A DNA stretch of 64,000 nucleotides from Stegostoma tigrinum (lineage: Eukaryota): positions 39,268,985-39,332,984 of the forward strand of contig NC_081365.1 of assembly GCF_030684315.1 (NCBI RefSeq), written 5' to 3'. Below, in pieces: positions 14,301 through 26,300 of the stretch (position 1 is its first letter; each line of letters opens with the position of its first letter). A program made the position numbers and the translations under genes. The notes below the pieces were generated by a model, which was not told where the DNA came from, ran no database searches, and saw nothing but the letters and a program-made list of their open reading frames with translations.

Positions 14301-17300
14301 AAACTATACAGACAACAGATTACAGACAAAAGGGTTTAGAGAGTCTTGTGTGGTATACTCAGGCTGTTGAGAAGCACAATGAATCTACTACACATATTGA
14401 TTAATGGAGCTGAGTGGATCAGGCATACATTAATCAATAATATATTGCTGTACTATCCTGAGGTTTGTCTAATAAATGTCAGTGGTGTTCAGCTAGCAAA
14501 TGCTTTCACTCCAAGGACCATTGTAACATCCCTCAAACCATTTTGAAATTTAAAAATGTATCAGTTATTTCCAATTTTTAAAAACAATGCCTTTAATGTC
14601 TTCACATCATCTCTGCTTGCAGTTTCTAGCAGTGTATCATTACGGACATTTGAAATAGAACACAGTCTTCAAAAGGCGCCAGTCCAATTTACCACACATT
14701 CTGTACTCAGAGAACTTTATTTAATGCCTCATTTCTTAGACAAAAGCTAGACCTGGTATGATGAGTAAGTTTAGATTAATTAATATTTCGTTTACAGTAA
14801 GGATTAATGGCTGGAAAAAATGAAGTAAGAAATGAAATGAAAAAAAAATAAAGAAAGCATTGCTTTTTTCCTCTATTTCTACACATTGAAAAATAATAGG
14901 GTAAATATTCAAATATATGCAAGCTCTTGTTATGGAGCAATAAAAAGTAAAGGAGGGGAAGATCTAAAGGCATTATCTCCATTGGATTTTTACCTTTTTC
15001 CAGATTATCAAATGATTAATCTCTTACACACAAGTACGTGGACCCAGACTCAGATACCACAAACAGACAGACAGTTTGTACATATGACATGCAGGATCTG
15101 GAGTTCATGTTCCCTGACAGGTTTGTTTGAAGATGGTTTTGAGAATAACAGGTAAAATTTAGAGAATGGCCCTCCTGCTGCCCAGTGTAGCAGCTGGCAC
15201 ACAGCCTGGCTGTCTTTGGGCCTATTAAAGCACTTAAATGGCTAAATAATGACCAACTAAAGCAGTGACACAGTGGTTAGCACTACTGCCTCACCAGGGA
15301 CCTGGGTTTGATTCCAGCCTCAGTGACTGTCAGTGTGGAAATTATATATTCTCCAAGTGTCTGTGTGGGTTTCCACTGGGTGCTCTTGATTTTCCCGACT
15401 GTCCAGAGTTGTGCAGGCTAGGTGTGTTAGCCATTCTGAATTACCCATTGTGTCCAGGAATGTGCTGGTCAGGTTGATTAGCCATGATAAATCTGGGGTT
15501 ACAGCGATAGGATGGGATAAACTTTGGAAGTCGGTGGAAACCTGATGGACTGAATGGCCTCTACCTGCATTGTAGGGTTTCTATAAAGACCTCATCCTGC
15601 TGTTTATGGCATTTTAACAGTGGGGGAAGACTCATGCCATGAAGAAAGCCTGGTATCTTTGGCTGTAAAGCCTGAGAAAGTGATAGTGGTGGTGGTTTGA
15701 ATCTGGGGAGGGGTGTAGGTGTTGTAACCCACACCATGGGCTTCTTGAAGCTGACCCTCTCACGACTCCTTATCACCCCTTGGAGTGACAGATTGACACC
15801 TCTCATCAGAACCATTACCCTGGATCCTCAACCCAAAGGTACTGCTGGGTCTAGAAAGTTATCAGCTCCAGTTAGCTCTCCACTCTCTACGGAAGGACCT
15901 GCTCCCGAGGTGAGGGTGAAGTTAAAGTGATTAACTCTGTTTCAGTTTAAAATTGCTAATGGACAAATAAGGAAACAAGGTGAGTGAGAGTGGAAATTTG
16001 CCTGATTGAAACAAAGGCCAAAAGAGTATTCTCTGGGAATTTGGTTTGAAGTGGGAATTTGGCACTGAGGGAGAAATGGTATGCTTTAATTCTTCTCCAT
16101 TGTAAGATGTGAGCAGGATAGGATAGAAGGCTTGGATCAAAAAGCCTACATGCAGTGAGACGAATGGGCAAGTGACATCTGGAACAATGCGATGAGACTG
16201 CAGGGAAAGCAGCTACTTGGTAACTGGGATTGGTGAATATTTCTGGTTTTTCGAGTAAATGGAAGACCTTCAGTGTCTGTTTGGGTATTGAAACTATTTG
16301 TCTTTTGTTAAAAACAGTTTAGGATTGATACTAAAATGTGAGGCTGGATGAACACAGCAGGCCCAGCAGCATCTCAGGGGCACAAAAGCTGACGTTTCGG
16401 GCCTAGACCCTTCATCAGAGAGGATTGATACTGATGCTTTTAAGAAATAACTAAAATAATAATAAAAGGTATAATGAATAGGGATTCCTGAGTAATTAAT
16501 TCATAAATTAAATAAAATATAACTGTGGTGGCAGGACTGGTGATGTGTTGCTGCTCCAGCATGTGAGAGTTGCTGGACATCAGGGTGATCCAGGATGAAC
16601 ACATCTGTATCAAATGCTTCCATCCTGAGCAATTTTAGATCCAAAGTTGGGGAACTGGAGTCCAAATTAGATCACATTAGGGGAGGAAAAGTTACATGGA
16701 CACTTTGTTCCAAAAGACATAATGCTACTTCGGCTAGGTCATTTAAGTTCAAATGTGGTCTGTGATTAGGACAAAATAGTTTGTATGTGCACCACAATAA
16801 CCCCCTACCTGCATCCACCTATCACTATCCCACCTTCCCTCCCCCCCAGCCCCACCCCACTCCCTCTATTTATTTCTGGCCCCTGCAACTGTCCAACAGG
16901 TTCTTGGCAAACTATATGGATGAGAATGGGACTGCAGGGAGGCTGAACAAACTTACCACAACATTATGGCGCAGGAAACCATTCAAGTGGGGGTGGAAAT
17001 AGGAACGTAGTTGTGTTATGGGACAGTCTAATTAGGGGAATGGACACTATTCACTGTAACATGAGCATAAATTCCAAACTCTACTTTACTAGCCTGGTAC
17101 AAGGTTAACAACACCTCTTCAGGGTTGGAGAGGAACTTGGAATGGGAGGAGAGTGATCTAATTGTCATTGCCCATGTTTGGGAAAACAGATACCTAGGTT
17201 TTCAAAGCAAAAGGCTATAGCAACATTACAAGGCAGTTACTTGGATAATGATATGCAGAGTGGAATAGGAAGGTATACAATGTACAAACATAGAAAATTA

Positions 17301-20300
17301 GTGCCAAATAGGGAAAATGGGGAAAGAAAATGGCAAGAAAGATAAAATTAATGGCTCTTTACTTAAATTTACATAGCATTCAGAATAAACTAATGTTAGT
17401 AGTAGCACAAATTGAGATTAATAGGGTAACAATCATTACAGAGACATGGGTACAAGGACATTAAATCTAGGAACTAAATATTCATTGGTATATGGACTAA
17501 GGCAGTTGGTTAGCTCAGTTGTCTGGGCAGCTGGCTTGCAATGCAAAGTAATGCCAACAGTATGAGTTCATTTTCAGCACCAGCTGAGGTTACCATGAAG
17601 GATTGTCCTTCTCAACAACTCCCCTCATCTGAGGAGTGGTGATCTTCAGGTTAAACAACTACCAGTCATCTCACACTCAACACAAAGCAGCCTTATTGTC
17701 TGGTAAGAGTTTGGTACCTTTACATTTATCTGATATATGACTGTTCAAAAGAAAATACAGTAAGAAAGGAATGGTGTGGTCACTTTGGTTGTATGAGATA
17801 GAATAGGTATGATTGCAAGAAATGATGTTGGATTAGAAAATATAGACTCTGTATGTATGGAGATAAGAAATAATAACGGGAATAAAACACTGGTGGGAGT
17901 AGTCTCTAGGCTCCCTAACAATTGCTAATGACAAATACACTATGACAAATAATAAATGGAGAGTTAATGAGGGCATTAAACAGGCAGTATATTAATCATA
18001 GGTGATGTTAATCTTTGTGTAGATTGGAAAAAATCAAATTGGCAGAGGTAAAATTAATAGGAAGAATTAATAGGCCATATTTTAGACAGTTTTCGAGAAC
18101 AATGTGTCGCTGATTGAACTAGTGATCAGGCTATTTTGAATGTGTAATGAGGGAGGTACAATAAAAGATCTCAGAGTAAAAGATCCCTGAGGAAACAATA
18201 TCTATAACATGGTAAAATTTGGCATTCAATTTGAGTGTGAGAAACTTGAACAGAAACAAGTGTTAAATAAGATAATTACAAAGGAATGAATTCATAGTCG
18301 GATAAAATGAACTGAGAAATTAGAGTCAATAAATGTGGAGCTGAAAAAGCACAGCTGGTCAGACAGCATCAGAGGAGCAGGAAAGTCAACATTTTAGGCT
18401 GAAACCATTTGTCAGGACTATGGAGGGGGATAGGAGTCCAGACATAAATAGAGGGAGTGCAGTGGGGCTTGGGGGGAGGGTAGGTAGGATAGTGATAGGT
18501 GGATGCAGGTAGGGGGTTTTTGCGATTGGTCCGTGGGAAGGATGAAGCGTATAGGTGAGTAGGAAGATGGACAGGTTGGGGGTGGAGAGATTTTGAAGCT
18601 GTAATGCAGGCAGGGGGTTATTGTGGTTGGTGAGTTAGAAGGGTAGGAGTGGATTGCAGAGTCAGAAGATGGAAAGGTTGGGGGAGGAAAGAATTTGAAG
18701 CTGGTGGTCAGTATTCAGGCCATTGGGCTATAAGATCCTAAGGCAAAATATGAAGTGTTTTCCTCCAGTTTATGTTTGGCATCGCTGTGACAGTGGAAGA
18801 GGCCAAGAATGGAAATGTCACCAGAGGAGTTAAAGTGGATCGCAACCGGAAGGTTGGGTTGGTTGGTGCAGAGTCCAGATGCTCTGCAAACCAGTCCCCA
18901 AGTCTGTGATAATAAAATGTGAGGCTGGATGAACACAGCAGGCCAAGCAGCATCTCAGGAGCACAAAAGCTGACGTTTCGGGCCTAGACCCTTCATCAGA
19001 GAGGGGGATGGGGAGAGGGAACTGGAATAAATAGGGAGAGAGGGGGAGGCGGACCGAAGATGGAGAGTAAAGAAGATAGGTGGAGAGAGTATAGGTGGGG
19101 AGGTAGGGAGGGGATAGGTCAGTCCAGGGAAGACGGACAGGTCAAGGAGGTGGGATGAGGTTAGTAGGTAGATGGGGGTGCGGCTTGGGGTGGGAGGAAG
19201 GGATGGGTGAGAGGAAGAACCGGTTAGGGAGGCAGAGACAGGTTGGACTGGTTTTGGGATGCAGTGGGTGGGGGGGGGAAGAGCTGGGCTGGTTGTGTGG
19301 TGCAGTGGGGGGAGGGGACGAACTGGGCTGGTTTAGGGATGCAGTAGGGGAAGGGGAGATTTTGAAACTGGTGAAATCTCCCCTTCCCCTACTGCATCCC
19401 TAAACCAGCCCAGTTCGTCCCCTCCCCCCACTACACCACACAACCAGCCCAGCTCTTTCCCCCCCCACCCACTGCATCCCAAAACCAGTCCAACCTGTCT
19501 CTGCCTCCCTAACCGGTTCTTCTTCTCACCCATCCCTTCCTCCCACCCCAAGCCGCACCCCCATCTACCTACTAACCTCATCCCACCTCCTTGACCTGTC
19601 CGTCTTCCCTGGACTGACCTATCCCCTCCCTACCTCCCCACCTATACTCTCTCCACCTATCTTCTTTACTCTCCATCTTCGGTCCGCCTCCCCCTCTCTC
19701 CCTATTTATTCCAGTTCCCTCTCCCCATCCCCCTCTCTGATGAAGGGTCTAGGCCCGAAACGTCAGCTTTTGTGCTCCTGAGATGCTGCTTGGCCTGCTG
19801 TGTACATCCAGCCTCACATTTTATTATCTTGGAATTCTCCAGCATCTGCAGTTCCCATTAACCCCAGTCCCCAAGTCTGTGTTGAGTCTCCCTGATATAG
19901 AGGAGACCACATCAGGAGCAAGAGATTTAGCAGACAAAGTTAGATGAAATGCAGGTGACACTCTGTGGGATTTGGAAGGATTGTTTGAGGCCTTGGATGG
20001 AGGTGAGAGGGGAAGTTTAGGGGCAGGTGTAGCTCCTCCTGCGGTTGCAGAGAAAGGTACTGGGTGTGGTGTAGGGGTTGGTGGGGAGTGTGGAGCTGAC
20101 AACAAGAGCTTTAAATATATAAAAGGAACAAAAAGACTAAAAAGTGAACATAAGCCCCTTAGAGAATGAGGCTGAGGAAATAATAATTGGTGGACTATGA
20201 AATGAAACCATGAGGAACCGAATAAACACTTGGCATCAGATTTGATGGTAGGAAACACTTTTGGTATTACAAAATTAATAAATAATCAAGGGCACGAAGT

Positions 20301-23300
20301 GGAGTGGAAATATGTACAATAACTATCAAAGGAGAAAAAGACTAGGGGAAATAATGGCACTAAAGGCAATAAGTCCCCTGAATCTGAGGAGTTGTATCCT
20401 AGGATATGGTAAATGTACTATCACCAAGTTTGTGGATGACACAAAAATAAATGGAAATATTAATGACAATGACACAAAAAAGAGAGATTTATATAAGTCA
20501 GTGGGCAAAAATCTGGCAGTTGGAAAATAATGCGAGAAAATTTGAGGTTATGCATATTTGCATGAGGAATAGAGGAGTTGAATTTAAATAAATGGCAAAA
20601 GACTGCAGAAAGCTACAGAATCACGTCCAGAAGGTAATAACTAAGGCACTGGACTGTTGGGTTTTATTTTAAAGCGAACTGAGGATGAAAATAATATTGT
20701 CTCACTCAATGAGCAAATGGTGAACTTCTACATGTACATCTTATGGTTTTATGGGATTGTTACAGGATTTATGGGATTCTCCACCTGAAACATCTTAGCC
20801 AATGTGCAGATTATGTACACTGTAAAGTCTAGCTCATAAAAATCACATAAGCAAATATATAAATTTGACAGGAGAAATTATTATCAGGCATTTATATATA
20901 TAAACAAAATGGTATGATTGCATAGTCATATTTTTAAAACGAGAAGACCTTGTTAATTTTATCACGACTATGTTTTTGTCCTCTATTTTGACTCCCACAC
21001 TTCTTTATCCTTTTTTCTATCTGTGTAACCTTGAAGTCATCTTGTGAATTAAAAAAATTAAAAATTCTGGTGAAATTCCATCCGTTTGAGAAACAAAAGC
21101 AAATTTCAACAATGACTTTGTAACAATCAGAATCTAATGATGCCCCTAGAGTTCCAGAATGGTCAGAACTAGAAATTGAAAGGGTTAATGATCTTAAGAA
21201 TGGGACTATTAATGGTCAGTCTGTATTCCTAATTACAGATCCCTGTTGGTGAGTTACATAGCAACAGATTAAATACACCAATTATGTTATCAAGGGAAAA
21301 CTAAATAAAAGGGTTCTTTTCGTCTAAGCAAAACAATACAGTCTCTGTTGGGTAAAATACGTTACCAGAGACTGTCAATCACATCCTGCTAAATAGAATT
21401 CTGCTAGCACCATTTTAGAATAAAGGTCGAAATGTTACTTTATTACTTTTGGCATTATAACGGAGCAATCATTCAAAGTGAGCTATCCTGGTCAGTGAAC
21501 AGGAAATCTATGGAAGTGATTAGGGAGTGATTTAGGGTGACATAGGCACACTAGTGCACAAAATGCTGAACAGACGTTTGAAGGCGGGAAAATGACTCCA
21601 ATGTTCAAAGTCCTGACCTGTGAACTTCAACAGGTCCTGAAACAAATATTGGGATTGCAATGCCCATTGCTTCTGATGCAGGCAGCAAGCAAACACTGTG
21701 GTGCCTGCTCTCTACCATTACTGTAATGTAGCCAGTGTCATTTGCATTGTTCAGTGGCTGCATGTCTCTGTACAATGTGCAAATTCATAGGAAACGAGCA
21801 CAGCTTAAAGTTTGTCTCCATTTCTTAAAGTCTGTCTATACCTCTTAAAGTGCTAGTGTGTTCTAGCTGTCACACTTGCTGGAAGTGGCTGGAGAAGAGA
21901 GCACCTGATGATTAAAATCGCTGCAATATGGCAAAACAGGACAGCGAGTGATTCTCTGTTGCAGCCATGGCAGCATTAGTTCAGGAAATGGATAGAATAC
22001 AAGGAGGCCCTCCATTCAGACACTGCAAAGGTACAGTCATGGTCAATGCTTGCAACATTGCCATGAAGAACAGGATGCAGTGTTGTACAAAGTACAATGA
22101 CCTCATGTGAATGGCCAAAGTCAGTGAATACATTTTCAATTGGCACTTCCCTACAATTGAACCACTTGCCTCACACACTGCTTCATTCACCCCACCACAT
22201 TTCTAAGCAACCTATTAACTGAAATTCCTGCCTCAAATTCATAGCTTTACCTCCACATCTGTCAGGCCTGGCTATTCGGCAATCTTACCATCAAAATTCA
22301 TTACACCACACTGTCTGGCGGGCTTTCTCTTACAGGAGAAGGTAACTGCAGGCAACACCATCTTGAGATGTCCTCACCCTGATGGAGGGGATTGGGCTCA
22401 CCATCGTTGGAAACGCCTTGGCTGGGGTCATGACCATTGGAGGGGCTGAAACCCTTGTGGAAGATATCATATCCAATTCTCCTTGTCACATCCCTCATCC
22501 CCAATATGGCACAACCACTTCTGACTTACAAGTTGTAGCTGGTACAACAATACTCTCCCACCCTTCCTTCATTCCAGTCCTAGCTTTGTATCTCTTCTCA
22601 ATGACACCCAAGACCTGCCGCCTGACCATGTGGTGGTGCAGCAGCAAGAGGTGAAAATGGATGAGGACACTGATGCTGACTGACTGATATCACTCACGCT
22701 CACACTCTCAGCTGCCATTTTAGATGTTGACACTATGTATGCTTAGAAAATGGCAGAAAGGAGGAACTTGCACATGTTGCATCAAGAGGTAAGTGTGGGC
22801 TCCAGTTCAGACAGAGAGAAAAAGTAACACAGTGCCAGCTCATAGAAAGGTATGGTATACAGGAGTTCTGCTGTAGAGGAATTTAATGGTGGCAAGTACA
22901 AATAAAATGCTGATGGATAGACACATAGAAATATAACGCATTGGTTGCCCAGACAGAAAGGTTGCATGGCAAGGAGCACAGAAGTGACCAAAAGCAACAT
23001 TGTACAAGGCTTTCTGCAGGGATTGAAGCCTACTCTTTCCAGCATGGAAGTAACAGGTCAATCGATTAACACACTGTGGCCCAACCATGATACAACATGG
23101 CAGCACATCTCTCAGTTTCCAATACAGCAGAAAATCACTCAACATCTGAGAGTTGCAGAGGAAACCCAGAGAGGTGGCAAAATGTCTGTAGTTACCAGTG
23201 TTCAGATGGGTTTACTCAGGGTTTCACAGCAATACAATAATTGATCCTCTAACACATTACTAGGTTTGCTAAAGCGCAAACCCAAGGAGCCATTAGTAGG

Positions 23301-26300
23301 TCTGTAAAACACAAACTGTTCTCTCTCAGGATGGTAATGTTTATTCTTCGACTACTGCTACTCCACCAGTATTCAGTCAGCTAGCCAGCCCATATTCAAT
23401 GGTGTTGTCCCAAAGAGGACTTCTATAGACTGCAAGGTCAGCTTCAGTTTCCCCCATTGTAAGCCATCAGCCTTTCTCTGGCCGTACTGCAGCCACGGGG
23501 GTGGCATTATTTTTTATTCTTTCTTTTCCCAAGGCCAGCATTTGTCGTTCATCCATAACTGCACTCAAACAGAATGGCTTTTAATTTCAGAGGACGGTTA
23601 ATCTTTAATGATATTGCTGTGGGTCTGCAGTCACGTGCAGGTCAGACCCCACCCCAACCCTCCCCACTCCAGGTAAGAATGGCAGATTTCCTTCCCTAAA
23701 TGGCATCAGTGAACTAGATGAGTTTTGACAATAATTAATGATAATTACAGAGCATTGTTTATTTCCAATTCTAGATTTTCTTATGCACTCATTTGAATCA
23801 ATGTCCCTACAGCACTGATTTTGGTCTCAGATTGTTAGTGCAGTGACACTATCACATCATCTCTTCTGCAGAGGAACACTATGACAAGCAAAGACACTCT
23901 TAAGACAGGTGCTAGAGAAATACACAGGGTGATGAGTTCATTTTTGTATAAAATATTGTATTCTTTAATTTATGAAATTGGATTGGAATGCTTTGTGTTG
24001 GCTTTTATTTCAACTTTGTGGGGCTGTGACGTTCAGTACCAATGGGCAGTTAAATTGAGACTGTTTATGGGTGGGGAATTGGAAATGCATTCGCTGGCAC
24101 TGCAGTTGGACAAGCAGAATCTGTATCGCTCATTTTGAAGTGGCATGACTTGTTTATCTCCTAACTGCTCCTTTTTCTTCTCCTCAGTCATTTGCTAGAT
24201 ATAGAATCATGGAAGGAGGCCAGTTGGCCCATTGAGTCCATATTGACGCTCCAAAAATAATCCCACCCAGACACACACCCTGTACCCTATCCCTGTAACT
24301 CTGCATTTCCTGTTTCTAATCTATGTAGCCTGCACATCCCTAGATACTAAGGACAATTTAGCACAGTCAATCCACCTAACCGGCACATCTTTGGACTATG
24401 GGAGGAAACTGGAACACCTGGAGGAAAGACATGCAGTCATTGGGAGAATGTGCAAGCTCCACACAGGCAGTCGCTCGAGGGTGGAATTGAACCCTAGCAC
24501 TATGAGGCAGCAGAGCTAACTACTGAGCCACCATGCCATGTGGTGGCAATGTCTGTGCCCTTATGACATTGGCAGAACTGTACACGACACAGGGTGCCAT
24601 GAAGTAATACCACATACAAACTAGGAGCAAAGGTAGGCCACTTCCCTCCAGAAGCTTCCTTGGCCATTCAGTAAGATCAATGGTGACCTGATTGTAATGT
24701 CAAATCCACATTCTGTGATGACCTTTTGCCCCTTTGCTCATCGAAGATTTAACAAAGGCTCACTTCCACTGCCTTCTGAAGAAAAGCATTCCAAAGACTC
24801 ATCGTGCTCTGTCATCAAATGATTTAATCTCTGTTTTAAAATGGGTGGCCCTTTATTTTAAAACATTCTCCCACACAACATCCTTTCCATATCCTGTCAA
24901 TACTCATCAAGATCTTGTATGTTTTAAGAAGGTATCACCAAACTTTCTAAACTCCAGTGATGCAAGCCTAGCATGGCCAACCTTTCCTCATATGACAGCC
25001 CACCTGTTACACGTATTAGTCTAGTAAATCTTCTATGAAGTACCTCCAAAGAATTTACATTGTTCCTTAAAATGAACATGAATACTGTACTTTAAATGTG
25101 GTCTCACTAATGCCCTATGTAACTGAAGCATAATTCCCTACTTTTGTATTCAATTCCCTCTAAATCAATGGTAACATTCCAATAGCTTTCTTGATGACTT
25201 GCTGTGCTGTATACTAATGTTTTGTAATTCAGGCACTTGGGTATCTAGATCTCTCTTCAACTACTCACAATTCAGATAATATGCTATTTTTTATTCTTCC
25301 TGCTGGAATGAACAACTTCACATTTCTCCAAATTTCCCTTCCATCCTCTACCCTCTTTTTGAAGAAAGGAATTACATTTGTTATTTTCCATTCAAATGGA
25401 ATCTTTCCCAAATGCAGGGGATTTTGAAAGAGAAAACATTTCAACTATCAAGTTTGCCATTTATTTTAAGACCGTGAGATCCAGGAACCTGTCAGCTACA
25501 GCTCCAGCATGTGTTGTGGAGAATACTGCAGGATTACTCAATAGAATTCCAGGTAATAGAACACCCCTTCAATAAGGAAAGGTCTGTTTGGTTATGTGGT
25601 GGAGTTGTGTTGATTGTGTGAATGACAATACATGAAGTGCACACTAGAGTCACAGGCCAGGTGAGTGGTGGCAAACTACACTCTCAACTCCTCTGCTGAT
25701 GGTATCATGGACACACAGAAAAACCATAAATGCTGCCAGGAAACCTGACCACTGACTGGCATGATGCATAGAGTACAGTACAAACTCCTGATGTACATTG
25801 AGTTGCAATTGAAGTACATTTCTGAATTTACATGTATTATTTGCAAGTAATGTAAATACAGTTATTTACACCCTACAACATGAGGAAGCTTGTTACCCTG
25901 TGAAGCCATGTCTTTACTCCACTAGTTTCTCTTTGCCCTTTCTTTATACACAGTTAATGACCTCCATTACATAACAGAGTACATCAAACTCCAAGATGTT
26001 GGAGATGTTGCTAGTGCAATCTGAAAACACCCAGATGGAAAGAGGTTCACTGCCACTAACACTTTTCTAGCTACTGAGAATAAATAGCATCCTCATTCTT
26101 CTGAGGTTGAGGATCTACTGCTTATGATGAGCATCTCTTTGTGGAATGAAAATGGTGATGGGGGCCCTACCTCTAGTCTGTGTGGATATTGTGCACTTTC
26201 CCAAAATTTCTCCAAAGTGTGCAAATGTAGTCCTGAAAGGATTTCATTGTAACTTGAAATTCAACATTTTCTGCATTCATACATTGTCTAAAACTGAACC

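Larger units (their letters stand above)
18909..19863. mobile_element. Young PLE inverted dimer: ~455-bp near-perfect arms, 11-nt loop, 35-nt tail
   Basis: Arms 18908-19362 and 19374-19828, loop tgaaactggtg. TSD ccagtccccaagtctgtg (18891-18908, 19864-19881). Confidence 0.92.
18322..20100 (-). mobile_element. Older PLE (family B) 3' fragment with degraded GIY-YIG, split by the 18909-19863 insertion
   Basis: ...LPVAIHFNS..DISILGLFHC..KLEE on one side and CNRRRSYTCP / LLYIR-like sequence on the other. Its 3' end matches the 7111 element. Confidence 0.75.
15930..20690 (+). mobile_element. Old, internally deleted CR1 LINE (5' region, ORF1/esterase, APE endonuclease, RT remnants) hosting nested insertions
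   Basis: Degenerate CR1-like motifs (VMGQS/GDS region ~17010, ITETW ~17435, GVV.R.P ~17890, KFVDDTK ~20425). Confidence 0.6.

Noticed and set aside
19155-19581. Pair of near-identical 82-aa Gly/Trp-rich ORFs on opposite strands
   Set aside because: These are antisense translations of the PLE palindrome arms, not genes.
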